In this document: positions 54,619 to 64,000 of the stretch, piece after piece
Layout of the letters: each line of letters begins with the position of its first letter
Position numbering within the stretch: the first letter of the stretch is position 1
From: Polyangiales bacterium
GTDB taxonomy: Bacteria > Myxococcota_A > Polyangia > Polyangiales > Ga0077539
DNA length: 64,000 bases
Direction of reading: 5' to 3'
NCBI GenBank assembly: GCA_044229975.1
Contig: JBGARZ010000012.1
Span: 128,001-192,000, forward strand
The notes under the pieces: model-generated
Seen by the model: only the letters and a program-made list of their open reading frames with translations
Database searches by the model: none
Told to the model about the DNA's origin: nothing
Translations under genes and position numbers: made by a program

Positions 54619-56298
54619 TCACATCGCGCTGTTGGGAAAGGAGCGCCCGGGGCCCCAGATGACCCGCACGGCGCCGTCGCCTCCGCGCGAGATGCTCCCG
54701 CCGCCACCGTAGTTGCCGCCGATGCCCGAGATGCCGGTGCCGCCGCACTCGGCGCGCGTGCCGCCGCGCCCAGTGCCCGCGCCTCCGCCCGATCCGCCGC
54801 CGCCGGGATAGCCGTAGCCATAACAAGATCGGTTGGTGTTGCAGTGCGGCGCGCCCGCGGCGCCGTTTGCTCCGATGCCACGGAGGCCCACGCCGCCGCC
54901 GCTCCCACCAATGTCGTCGTCCGCACTGACCGTGGAGCCCACGGCGCCACCGCCACCACCGCCACCGCCGCTGCCCGCGGTCGCGTCGTTGAGGCACATC
55001 ATCCAGTGCCCGGTGCCACCGCGCCCGCCGTCCCCGGCGTAGCCCGCGGCCCCGCCGCCACCGCCCCAGTTGCGATAACCGGCGGCGTTGCCACCGGCGC
55101 CGCCCGTGAAGCAGGTGCCGCCGGTTCCGCCGCCGCCGGCGCCGCCGGTCGCGGTGGTCGTCCCCCGCCCGCCGCGCGCGATGAGCGTGCCGTTGAAGCT
55201 GCTGTCGCCGCCGTTGCCGCCCGACGCGGGAGACACCCCCACGACGACCGCGATGCGCGCGCCCGGCGTCACGGCGATGTCGTTGCGGTAGCAGAGGCCG
55301 CCACCCCCCTGGCCGCCCTGCGTGGAGACCACGTAGGCGAAGCTGCCGCCGGCCCCGACCACCACCACGCTCACGGCGCTCACCCCGGCGGGCACCACGA
55401 AGGTCCCCGACGTCGTGAAGATCTGCTCGCCCGTGGGACCGCTCGCGCAGGTTCCCGCCACGCAGGCCGTCCCGGCCGCGCACGCTCGCCCGCAGGCGCC
55501 GCAGTGGGCCGCAGTCGTGGCGAGCACCGTCTCGCACCCGTCGTCGGCCGCGCCGTTGCAGTCACCATAGCCGGCCTCGCACGCAAACCCGCAGACGCCC
55601 GTTCCGCCGCACACCGGCGACGTCGCGTGCGCAGGCGTCGGACACGGAGCCACCGTCGACCCGAGGCAGTCGGCGTTGCAGGTGCTCCGCGACGACGCGC
55701 CCGAGCAGGTCGCCGCTCCCGGAGTGCACGCGCAGCCCATGCACGCGCCGCCCACGCAGGCGGACGTCGAGGGGCATGCCGTGGCGGTGGTGGCGAGGCC
55801 GTCGGCGTCGCAGGTTCGCACCATGCGCGCGCCCTCGCAGGTCGTGCTCCCGGGGACGCACACCCGCATCACGCAGCTCCCGCCGCGGCACGACTGCCCC
55901 GAGGGACACGGCGTCGGTGACGTCCCGAAACCATCGGGGTCGCAGGTGACGCGGTCGCGCGTGGTCGGGTCGCACGCGGTCGACCCGGGCGTGCAGAGGG
56001 GCGGCGTGTCCGTCGGAGAGGGCGTGTCCGTCGGAGAGGGCGTGTCCGTCGGAGTGGGCGTGTCCGTCGGAGTGGGCGTGTCCGTCGGAGTGGGCGTGTC
56101 CGTCGGAGTGGGCGTGTCCGTCGGTGAGGGCGTGTCCGTCGGAGCGTCGACGGGGGCAGCGGCGTCGACGGGGGCAGCGGCGTCGGCGGGGGCGACCCCC
56201 TGGTCCACCACGGTCGCGTCCTGACCCGGAAAGAAGACGGCCGCGGGCGCGCAGGCGGCGCCGCAGACAATCACCAGGCAGCTCCACATCGCGCGCAT
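54619..56298 (-). CDS. Cys-rich, Gly-rich surface lipoprotein
   Basis: Lipobox GAAC; (DTP[ST]PT)x7; Cys-rich repeats incl. DC.G...GCE...HCGACG; C-terminal Gly-rich domain (FTTSGTFVVPAGV...GAGG). Confidence 0.82.
   Translation of the reverse strand: MRAMWSCLVIVCGAACAPAAVFFPGQDATVVDQGVAPADAAAPVDAAAPVDAPTDTPSPTDTPTPTDTPTPTDTPTPTDTPTPTDTPSPTDTPSPTDTPPLCTPGSTACDPTTRDRVTCDPDGFGTSPTPCPSGQSCRGGSCVMRVCVPGSTTCEGARMVRTCDADGLATTATACPSTSACVGGACMGCACTPGAATCSGASSRSTCNADCLGSTVAPCPTPAHATSPVCGGTGVCGFACEAGYGDCNGAADDGCETVLATTAAHCGACGRACAAGTACVAGTCASGPTGEQIFTTSGTFVVPAGVSAVSVVVVGAGGSFAYVVSTQGGQGGGGLCYRNDIAVTPGARIAVVVGVSPASGGNGGDSSFNGTLIARGGRGTTTATGGAGGGGTGGTCFTGGAGGNAAGYRNWGGGGGAAGYAGDGGRGGTGHWMMCLNDATAGSGGGGGGGGAVGSTVSADDDIGGSGGGVGLRGIGANGAAGAPHCNTNRSCYGYGYPGGGGSGGGAGTGRGGTRAECGGTGISGIGGNYGGGGSISRGGDGAVRVIWGPGRSFPNSAM
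56001..56143. repeat. 18-bp coding tandem repeat (about 7 units)
   Basis: GGCGTGTCCGTCGGWGWG repeated; encodes DTP[ST]PT on the minus strand. Confidence 0.92.
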
Positions 56299-56367
56299 CA
56301 CGAGGCCCCTTCGTCGAAGTACGCGCCGACGCTAACACGAGCAACAAGGGCGCTCGCACCGGCGCTC

Positions 56368-56690
56368 CCGTTGTCGCGGCGCGCTCCTGAGCTCATCGCG
56401 ACGACCGTCCCGGTGCTCAACGAGTGCCACGATTGACCGGAGTCGCACGGAGCTTGTGCGTGTCGTGACCCAGGATGGGTCACTCCGCGAGTCGATGAAG
56501 CAGGGTTGGCGGACGGCGCCCCTCGACGAGCGCGAGCGGGTGATGCTCGCCGTCGTGGAGAGGCTCCACCCTCACGCCGGGCGTCGGCATCTCGCAGATC
56601 ACCAGCGCCGCGTCGATGTTCGCCTGCTTCCACCGCATGGCCGATGGGCTGGGCGTCGGCCGACTGGAGAGCGCGTCCCGCTCAGTGACG
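56368..56690 (+). pseudogene. Decayed AhpD/CMD-like peroxidase-related gene with Cys-x-x-TGA (probable former selenoprotein)
   Basis: Three frames join: PLSRRAPELIATTVPVLNECHD*PESH / VRVVTQD...WRTAPLDERERVMLAVVERL / ISQITSAASMFACFHRMADGLGV; TGA at 56434-56436. Confidence 0.7.
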
Positions 56691-58553
56691 GATGAGCTCC
56701 AGCAGCATCGCGAGCGCGGGCATCAGGATGGACCCGATGACGGCTTCACCCGCGATGAGCCCCGACGCCAGCGGCGCGGCGTAGCTCTCGAAGGTCCCCT
56801 GCTCGCCCGGCGAGGCCTTGCGCCACACGGCCGCGGCCACCGCCCCGATGGCGATGGCGATGTTGAGCGACGGCGGCAGGATGAGCGCAAAACCCAGCGC
56901 CGCGGGGATGGGAATGAACCAGAACCTGCTCCCGCCGTCCTTGTTGCGCACCGCGTGGAGGAGTTCGAAGACGATCCCGAGCAGGATGCCCACCTTCGAG
57001 GCGGTGAGCGCGCCGTGCGGGAGGTACCCGAGGCCGCGCTCCATCGCGATGGCGAGCGTGGCGATCTTGAGGCCCGTCGGGGCCGACAGCTGCCCCGGGT
57101 TGAGCCCGATGCCGTAGGTGTGCTGAAGCACGTTGAACACGATGGGCGTGAGCAGCGCGCCGATGGGGATCACGATGAGCTGCGCGATGACCAGCGTGCG
57201 GAAGCGCCCGCCGAGGCGCTGCGCGACCCAGAAGGCCGGCACCACGTTTTCCGACGAGGCCTGCGGGCTCGCGCTGATGTACGCGGCGGTGAGGTTGGCG
57301 CGAATCTGCGCGGGCCACAGCATGCCGAAGAGAAACTGCGTCGCGTTGGCCATGAGCGACACCGGACCGGAGCCCGTGATGCCCAGCACGCGGAGGCCCG
57401 CGAAGATGAGCAGCGGCTGGATCGCCACCGCGAGCAGCACCTCCGCCACCGGCATGTGGAACCACAGGGTGGTGATGCCCACGAGCACCACCACGCTCAC
57501 GCCGAGGCCGGCGGCCGTCCACCAGGTCGGAATGGTCTCATCGGCCTGCGACTGGAACGGGTGTTCTTCGGGCGGGGCGTTGCGCGCGAGCACGCTCTGC
57601 ACGACGGGGATGAGCACGCTGGTGACGGCCGCGGCGATCATCATCGCGGTGGCGGGCCACATCATCCACTGGACGACGTACTTGAAGTGCGAGTGGGCCT
57701 GCGAGAAGTCCGCGGCCTTGCCGCAGGACTGCGTGAGGAAGGCCACCGTCGCGTCGCGCTCGGCGCCGGTCTGTCCCGCGAGGCCATCGAGCGAGGTGAG
57801 GCAGCGCCCGAGCATCACCTCCGGAACGCCCGAGAGCGCGGAGTAGCGGGCGGCCTGCTCGCCGAAGGTGTTGACGATCCAGGTGCCGGCGAGCCCGGAG
57901 AGGCCGACCGAGAGCGGCACCAGCATGCCGAGCCCGATGGCGGCGAGCTCGAGGCCCATGGACATGTTGAGCAGAGGGTTGCCGACGATGGACGGAATGA
58001 CCCCGAGGCCGTCGCGCAGGAAGGTGAGGAAGCCCGCGACGCCCGTGGTGGTGGTGAGCAGGTCGCGGCGGGCCTTGGTGCTCTCGGTGGCGCTCGGGTC
58101 GGTGAGCGTCTGCGCGATGGAGAGCGTCGCGACGGAGCCCGGCCACGGCAGCTTGCGGTCCTTGAGAATCGAGCTGCGGGGGATGATCCCCATGAAGAGA
58201 CCGAGGTTGGCGGAGACCACCAGCCACGCGAACATCTGCCACGACGACGGGTGGAAGCCGATGTCCCGACCCGTGATCGCCTTGATGTAGAAGAACGCCG
58301 CGAGGATCACGACCATGAAGGCGATCCCCGACACCATCCCGATCATCGACTGGATGAGGTTGAGCTGAATGCCGAGCTCGCGCCCCTTGGTGCGTTTGCC
58401 GAGCACGAATGCGGCGAGGAACATCCCGCCCATGGTGAGGTCGACGCTCTGTCCCAGCTTGAGCGTGACGTAGGGCGTGGCGGCGGCGGCCACCGCACAC
58501 AACAGACAGCCCAGGAGGATGGTGCGCGCGTTGAGCTCGTTCTCGGGTTTCAT
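56682..58553 (-). CDS. OPT/YSL family oligopeptide transporter
   Basis: YVTLKLG, LPWPGSVAT, LSAPTG and ASGLIAGEA motifs; many TM segments. Confidence 0.88.
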   Translation of the reverse strand: MKPENELNARTILLGCLLCAVAAAATPYVTLKLGQSVDLTMGGMFLAAFVLGKRTKGRELGIQLNLIQSMIGMVSGIAFMVVILAAFFYIKAITGRDIGFHPSSWQMFAWLVVSANLGLFMGIIPRSSILKDRKLPWPGSVATLSIAQTLTDPSATESTKARRDLLTTTTGVAGFLTFLRDGLGVIPSIVGNPLLNMSMGLELAAIGLGMLVPLSVGLSGLAGTWIVNTFGEQAARYSALSGVPEVMLGRCLTSLDGLAGQTGAERDATVAFLTQSCGKAADFSQAHSHFKYVVQWMMWPATAMMIAAAVTSVLIPVVQSVLARNAPPEEHPFQSQADETIPTWWTAAGLGVSVVVLVGITTLWFHMPVAEVLLAVAIQPLLIFAGLRVLGITGSGPVSLMANATQFLFGMLWPAQIRANLTAAYISASPQASSENVVPAFWVAQRLGGRFRTLVIAQLIVIPIGALLTPIVFNVLQHTYGIGLNPGQLSAPTGLKIATLAIAMERGLGYLPHGALTASKVGILLGIVFELLHAVRNKDGGSRFWFIPIPAALGFALILPPSLNIAIAIGAVAAAVWRKASPGEQGTFESYAAPLASGLIAGEAVIGSILMPALAMLLELIRH

Positions 58554-58713
58554 GCGGGACGCGACGCTACCCGAGGGCCGATCGTCTGACGGGAGGAATT
58601 CGTGCGCCCGGCGTCGACCGCAGCGGGGCGTCTTCAGCGGGGCGCGTCTTGAGAGAGCACGACCTCAGGCCCGTGCGCTGACGGGGGCGTCACGGCGCGA
58701 CGCGACGTCGCGC

Positions 58714-59310
58714 TCAGAACGTCACGGTCACGCCCGCCATCGCACCCCCGCGGAGCGGCGCCATGCCGAGCGTCCACGGCGGCGCCGACCGGGTGGGCGT
58801 CACGCTCTCGACCCCTGTCTCCGTCCCCGACAGCATCACCACGCCGCCGACCAGCGACGGCACACCGATGAGCAGCCCCATCCCTCCAAGCAGAGCTCCC
58901 ATGAACTCGTTGTACTCGTCGCCCGATGGGCCGCTCAACGAGACGATGGAGAGCGTTCCCATCACGAGGAGCGAGCTGCCCCCAAGGGCCGTCAGGATGA
59001 TCCCGCCGACGAGCCGCCCGCGCGACACCGCCCGCACCCGCACCCGCATCCCTTCGGGCGAAACCTCCAGCGGAACCACCGTCGCGCGCAGCCCGTGACC
59101 TCCCATCCACACCGTATGAAACCCCGGCCGGAGGTGCACCGTGCACGGCGTCTCGCACGCCACCGGCCCGCGCCACTCGACGCGAACCTCCTGCGCCCGC
59201 CCGGTCGATTCGAGCACCACGGGGACGTTGTCTGTCGGGTGGTCCTGCGCGCTCACAGCGGGCGCGACGAGGGAAACGAGAGCGAAGGCAACAAGCACAG
59301 CGGACTTCAT
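58714..59310 (-). CDS. Exported hypothetical protein (PEGA-like domain, C-terminal hydrophobic hairpin)
   Basis: Signal peptide ending VSA-Q, CETPC motif and a terminal aromatic residue (VTF). Confidence 0.65.
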   Translation of the reverse strand: MKSAVLVAFALVSLVAPAVSAQDHPTDNVPVVLESTGRAQEVRVEWRGPVACETPCTVHLRPGFHTVWMGGHGLRATVVPLEVSPEGMRVRVRAVSRGRLVGGIILTALGGSSLLVMGTLSIVSLSGPSGDEYNEFMGALLGGMGLLIGVPSLVGGVVMLSGTETGVESVTPTRSAPPWTLGMAPLRGGAMAGVTVTF

Positions 59311-59887
59311 CGCTCGCGGCGTACGGCAACCCGCGTGCCCATCGCGATCAACCGCCAGCAGGCCACGGCGCCCCCGTCATGAGTGCCGTGACGTCACGTC
59401 CACCGTGCCGACACGACACGCTCCCCTCTAAACACCGCCCGAGTGCTTCAGTCGGGTCGAGAGCGACGATGGTCAGGTAGGCGACTGTGCCCACCTGTCA
59501 CGAAAGCACCTTCCGTCATCGTCTGAAACTCCACGAATTGCCGACAAATCGTTGATGCCAGGGAGAAGGCCGGACCGTCGAACTTTTGACAGAACGGCCC
59601 TTGTCGGACCGTCAAAGCTGTGACAAGTCTCCAGGGGCGAACGGCGCTTCTCCCGGTTGCGGCCGATCCGGTCGGACGAACTCCCTCAAAAGGGATCACC
59701 GACGCCTACATCACAACCGAGTGGCTGATACCGCAACCACTCAAACGGACACCCTCTCACCACAATGAAGAGGGTACGCCGGATACCTCCTCACGTCGGA
59801 CGGCGCTGAAACCACTGTGTTTCGGCGCAGCCCCATCGAACAACGGACAAGCGGTTCGAGCCAGATTGGAAGCGAGGGTCACGACCA

Positions 59888-61753
59888 ATGAGCCACCGAA
59901 ACTTGAGTGCTGCCGCCTCGTTCGTCGCGACCTTCGAAGACTCGATCACCCGTGACTGCGCACAACCGGCCAACGGGGTCGAGCTCGGGTTTGTCGACTT
60001 CACGCTCGACGACGAGAGCGAAGCCCCGCTGCACGCGGCGCTCGTGCCCGGCGCCTTTCACATGGTCTACCAGCCCATCGTCGACCTCGCGACGCGGGAG
60101 GTCGTCGGCTTCGAGTCCCTCGCCCGCTTCACCCTCGAACCGCACCGCGGTCCCGACGTCTGGTTCGCCGAGGCGTGGGAGCTCGGCTACGGCGTCGAGC
60201 TGGAGCTGGCCGCCGTCCGTCGCGCGATCGAAAACCTCGACGCCCTGCCCGAAGGGGCGTTTCTGACGGTCAACGTGGCGCCCCTCACCCTCGTCGCGCC
60301 GGGCCTCCTCGCGGCGCTCGGCGAGGGCTCGCTGTCGCGCATCGTGCTGGAGATCACCGAGCACGCGGTGGTCAAGGACTACCTCATGCTGGAGCGGGCG
60401 CTCGCCCCCCTGCGCGCCCGCGGCGCCCGCCTCGCCGTCGACGATGTCGGCGCCGGCTTCGCGAGCTTCCATCACATCCTCCAGCTCCGCCCGGACTTCA
60501 TCAAGCTCGACGTCAACCTCGCGCGCGACCTCGACCTCGACCCGGCGCGCCGCGCCCTCGTCGCCGCGCTCGTGTCCTTCGGTGTCGAGATGGGCGTCAC
60601 GGTGCTCGCGGAGGGCATCGAGCGCCGCGCGGAGTTCGTCGCGCTGCGTAGCCTCGGGGTGATGCTCGGTCAGGGATACCTCCTCGGCCGCCCCGCGACG
60701 CTGCCCCCGGGCCCGAACGACCACGGCCGCGGCGGCGTCCGCCCGAGCGCCGTCTCCCTGGCGCGCGTGGCCCTCGAACGCGACCCGCTGGAGTGTGTCG
60801 GCGCCAAGGCCCTCCGCGTGCTGCGCGACCCGGTGCGCGTCGCCGCCGTGCGGGCGACGGGCCTCCTCGACACGCCCGCCGACGCGGCCTTCGATCGCCT
60901 CACCGCGCTCGCCTCGACGCTCCTCGCGGCGCCCGTCGCGCTGGTGTCGCTGCTCGACGACCGGCGGCAGTTCGTGAAGAGCGCCGTGGACATCAACGGG
61001 ACCTGGGGCGCCGAGCGCGGGGTTCCGCTCGACGAGTCGCTCTGCGTGCACACCATCGCCGCGCGGTCGGCCCTGCGCGTCGACGACCTGCACGCCGAGT
61101 CCCGCCTGAGCGCGTACCCCGGCGCCGAGATGCGGGGGGCGGGCGCGTACCTGGGCGTCCCCCTGCTGCTCGCCGGGCGCACCCCGGTCGGGACGCTGTG
61201 CGTACTCGACGACGTCGCGCGTGTATGGACCAACCACGAGGTCGCCCTCCTCGAACAGATGGCCGCCTCGGTCGTCGCCGAGATCACCCTGCGCGCGTCG
61301 CTCGCGGAGGTCGAACACACCCGTCGCTCGCTCGACCGCGCCCAGGCGTCGGCGCAGCAGCAGCGCGCGGCGCAGGAGGACGGCGAGCGGCGCTTCCGTC
61401 ACCTCGTGGAGTCCAACCCCTCGGCGATGTGGGCGACGGAAGACGGCGTGGTCATCGACGCCAACCGCGCCGCGGCCGAGCTCTTCGGCTACCAGCGCGC
61501 GGCCATGATCGGCCTCGACGAGGCCGCGCTGTTTCCGCCCGCGGCCCGCGACACCTGGGGCAACCAGCTCCGCGGCCACGAGGGCGACCGCTACGAGACC
61601 CTCGGCCAGCGCAGCAACGAGACGGTCTTCTCGATGACCGTGCGCGACCAGCGCGTCGTCATCGGCGGCCGCCCCGTGCGCGTGTGCGCGGTGCTCGACG
61701 GATCGGTGCGCCGCCCGCGCAAGACCATGCCGTACATCGCTCGCGTGCCCTGA
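59888..61753 (+). CDS. EAL-GAF-PAS protein (putative c-di-GMP phosphodiesterase)
   Basis: YQPIV...FESLARF, LEITE, DDVGAGFAS, IKLD, EGIE and QGY; GAF (FDRLT.LA...LC.H...YLGVPL...GTLCVLD); C-terminal PAS. Confidence 0.88.
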   Translation: MSHRNLSAAASFVATFEDSITRDCAQPANGVELGFVDFTLDDESEAPLHAALVPGAFHMVYQPIVDLATREVVGFESLARFTLEPHRGPDVWFAEAWELGYGVELELAAVRRAIENLDALPEGAFLTVNVAPLTLVAPGLLAALGEGSLSRIVLEITEHAVVKDYLMLERALAPLRARGARLAVDDVGAGFASFHHILQLRPDFIKLDVNLARDLDLDPARRALVAALVSFGVEMGVTVLAEGIERRAEFVALRSLGVMLGQGYLLGRPATLPPGPNDHGRGGVRPSAVSLARVALERDPLECVGAKALRVLRDPVRVAAVRATGLLDTPADAAFDRLTALASTLLAAPVALVSLLDDRRQFVKSAVDINGTWGAERGVPLDESLCVHTIAARSALRVDDLHAESRLSAYPGAEMRGAGAYLGVPLLLAGRTPVGTLCVLDDVARVWTNHEVALLEQMAASVVAEITLRASLAEVEHTRRSLDRAQASAQQQRAAQEDGERRFRHLVESNPSAMWATEDGVVIDANRAAAELFGYQRAAMIGLDEAALFPPAARDTWGNQLRGHEGDRYETLGQRSNETVFSMTVRDQRVVIGGRPVRVCAVLDGSVRRPRKTMPYIARVP

Positions 61754-61863
61754 CCCCCCCCGCGGGGAGGCCGGCGACTCGAAAGCGGTGTTCACCGGGG
61801 GGATTCGCCGCTATTCAATGGGGGCATGCGATGCCCCATGGTCCGGCTTGCTCAGAGCGCGCG

Positions 61864-63114
61864 ATGGCGAAGCTGCTGAGCCCGCACCCCAGCCAGGTCG
61901 GGTCCATCGTCTTCGTCGACGACGAGGCCGAGCTCGTGCTCGCGGTCGGGGGGATGCTGCGGGCGGAGTTCGGCGAAGCTCGCGTGCGCGCCACCACCGA
62001 CTCGCGCGAGGCCTCGGACTGGCTCCGTGAGGCCAAACCCGCGGTGCTCATCACGGACGTCCGCATGCCCGACCTCACGGGCCTCGATCTCATCACGCAG
62101 GTGGCCGCGACCTGGGGCGTCGCGCCGACGGTGGTCATCTCGGCCTTCCCCAACGACCCCATCACCGCCAGCGCCCGGCGCAGCGCCGTCGCGTACCTCC
62201 CGAAGCCCTTCGCGTTCGCCGCGCTGAAGGAGACCGTGCGCGGCCTGCTGGAGACCCCGCAGGACGCCTTCCACGGCGCGGTCGCGGTCTCGTCGCTGTC
62301 GGACATCCTCCAGCTCTATTCGATGTCGGGCGCCACCGGGCTGATGGCGGTGTCCTCGATGGGGAGGCAGGGCGAGGTGTGGTTCGAGCGGGGGCAGGTG
62401 GTCCACGCCAGCAGCGGCGACGTCGAGGGCTTCGAGTCGTTTCGCGACCAGGTCGGGTGGCCCAAGGGGTCGTTTGCCTGGCACCCGCGGCGCACCGACC
62501 GGCGCACCATCCAGATGAGCTTCTCGGCGCTGATGATGGAGGCCCATCGCCTCAACGACGAGGCGCTGGAGGTGACCCGAGACACCCATCCCCCGCCGCC
62601 GAGCGACGGGTTCGACCTGGGCGGGCTGTTCACGGGCAGCCCCACGCTGCATGGCGCGATCGGCAGCGAGGCGTCGGAGGTCATCAGTGATGTGCACCCC
62701 GTTGCCGCACCGCCACCGGAGGTGACCACGGACGACGAGAGGGACGACGCGCTCGCGACGACGACAGAGCCGCTGCTGCGACGGCTGAGCGAGCTCGACG
62801 GCTTCCTGTGCGCGGCGGTGGTGGACGGCGACCGCGACCAGCCGGTGGGGTTGTGGAGCGCGGGCAATGACCCGGCGGCCTCGACGGAGGGCAGCGCAGA
62901 GCTGGTCGGGCTGCTGCGCGCGACGGTCGAGCGGATGGCGTTGCAGGATGAGATCGAGGACGTGGTGCTGACGATGGGGAGTCGGTATCAGTTGATCCGC
63001 CCGCTGCGGGGGCGGCCGCGGGTGTTTCTGTACCTGGCATTGGACCGGGAGGCGGCGAACCTCGCGATGGCGCGGTTGCAGCTCGCGGTGGGGGAAAACG
63101 ACCTGGTGCTTTGA
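61864..63114 (+). CDS. Response regulator with REC, DUF4388 and roadblock/LC7-like domains
   Basis: FVDDE, TDVRMP and KPF; LSDILQL...TG...GEVWFERGQVVHA; C-terminal DGFLCAAVVD...IEDVVLT...YQLIRPL...FLYLALDREAANLAMAR. Confidence 0.85.
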   Translation: MAKLLSPHPSQVGSIVFVDDEAELVLAVGGMLRAEFGEARVRATTDSREASDWLREAKPAVLITDVRMPDLTGLDLITQVAATWGVAPTVVISAFPNDPITASARRSAVAYLPKPFAFAALKETVRGLLETPQDAFHGAVAVSSLSDILQLYSMSGATGLMAVSSMGRQGEVWFERGQVVHASSGDVEGFESFRDQVGWPKGSFAWHPRRTDRRTIQMSFSALMMEAHRLNDEALEVTRDTHPPPPSDGFDLGGLFTGSPTLHGAIGSEASEVISDVHPVAAPPPEVTTDDERDDALATTTEPLLRRLSELDGFLCAAVVDGDRDQPVGLWSAGNDPAASTEGSAELVGLLRATVERMALQDEIEDVVLTMGSRYQLIRPLRGRPRVFLYLALDREAANLAMARLQLAVGENDLVL

Positions 63115-63361
63115 CGGCAACCGTCATTCTTGTTGGTTATCGACTGAAGCATTCTCAGTCGGCCTGACAAGACAGAGCGAGGGTCGGCAGCCACGGCGGC
63201 GTGGCCCAATGAACACGCCTGTCGCCATCGAGCGATCGGCCCCGTTTTCATCGCACAATTATTTTCCCATGATGGCTGTAAGCCGAGAGCTTCGGCCGCG
63301 TACCAACGTCGCAATCACCGACCGCCGACCTGAGGCGGCCAGGAAGCGACGAGGTCTCCCG

Positions 63362-63988
63362 ATGCGCCATCTCCGATCCGTTCTCTGTGCGATGTCCGTG
63401 CTGTCCGTCGGTTGCCTCGCGAGCGAGCCGTTGCACCCGGTCGCGACGACCACGCTCGTCGTGCTCGGGCCCACCCCGTCGGCCGGACCCACCGCGCCGA
63501 TGGAGGTGGCGACCTCGCCCTTCGGCTCGACGCAGGAGCAGCCCGGCATGCTCCGCGGCGAGGTCTTTGCGCTGCCCGAAAACACCCACCACCTCCCGGA
63601 CTTCAGCGAGCTGCGACCCATCGCGACGCTCTTCGCGCACGAGGTCAACATCGCGCCGCGGAGCTTCAGCCAAGGGTTCCCCGGCGTGCCCGATCGGGTC
63701 GAGTGGTTCGGGGTTCGCTACAACGGAACCTTCCGCGTCGCGAGCGCGGGGCAGTATCGCTTCCGGGTGCTGGCCGACGACGGCGCGCGGCTGGTGATCG
63801 ATGGCCACACCGTCATCAGCAACGACGGCATCCACCCGCCGACCTGGGGCGAAGGGGCGGTTCCGCTGAGCGCGGGTGAGCACCGCGTGGTGGTGGAGTA
63901 CTTCCAGGGTCCGCGCTTCGACATCGCGTTGCAGGTGTTCTGGACGAGGCCGGGCGGGCAGGAGACGCTCTTCCGCGTCGACGGGTGA
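63362..63988 (+). CDS. PA14-domain lipoprotein
   Basis: Lipobox SVGC; EWFGVRYNG...YRFRVLADDGARLVIDG...NDGIH...VEYFQG. Confidence 0.88.
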   Translation: MRHLRSVLCAMSVLSVGCLASEPLHPVATTTLVVLGPTPSAGPTAPMEVATSPFGSTQEQPGMLRGEVFALPENTHHLPDFSELRPIATLFAHEVNIAPRSFSQGFPGVPDRVEWFGVRYNGTFRVASAGQYRFRVLADDGARLVIDGHTVISNDGIHPPTWGEGAVPLSAGEHRVVVEYFQGPRFDIALQVFWTRPGGQETLFRVDG

Positions 63989-64000
63989 GCGCGGTCGCTT

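Noticed and set aside
56001..56143. 18-bp repeats (and the 30-bp and 42-bp arrays) as a CRISPR array
   Set aside because: Contiguous tandem units without unique spacers, mostly coding, and no cas genes.
59330..59887. c-di-GMP riboswitch upstream of the EAL gene
   Set aside because: I could not find the GEMM consensus elements by eye.
60793..61863. N-terminal extension of the 773-aa ORF
   Set aside because: Off-frame overlap with the EAL gene; the regulator starts at about 61864.

Overview
High-GC bacterial chromosomal window, inferred to be from a myxobacterium (Polyangiales-like). The inference rests on a Hanks kinase/TPR pair, a DUF4388-type regulator and many lipoproteins with Asp/Pro/Ala/Gly-rich linkers. 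I call about 45 real genes; most other ORFs in the track are GC-rich shadow frames. Core genes: an isolated atpD-atpC pair, a VKOR-DsbA fusion and two tandem dnaJ genes. Other loci: a cytochrome-c/DUF1501 operon, an MbnP-MbnH pair, a ferredoxin-reductase-AlkB fusion with a divergent AraC regulator, an OPT transporter and several signalling genes. Highlights: (1) a histidine kinase whose N-terminal input domain is an alpha/beta-hydrolase with Cys at the nucleophile position, followed by a receiver and a hybrid kinase; (2) a decayed AhpD-like gene with Cys-x-x-TGA and a SECIS-like hairpin; (3) an accessory hotspot between atpC and the kinase, holding a baseplate-J-like remnant split by a 108-bp hairpin element with a 4-bp target duplication, and a toxin-antitoxin module between two copies of the kinase 3' end; (4) several long palindromic elements with no transposase in the window. 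I recognised no rRNA, tRNA, CRISPR array, integrase or transposase. All family assignments come from motif recognition, not database searches.
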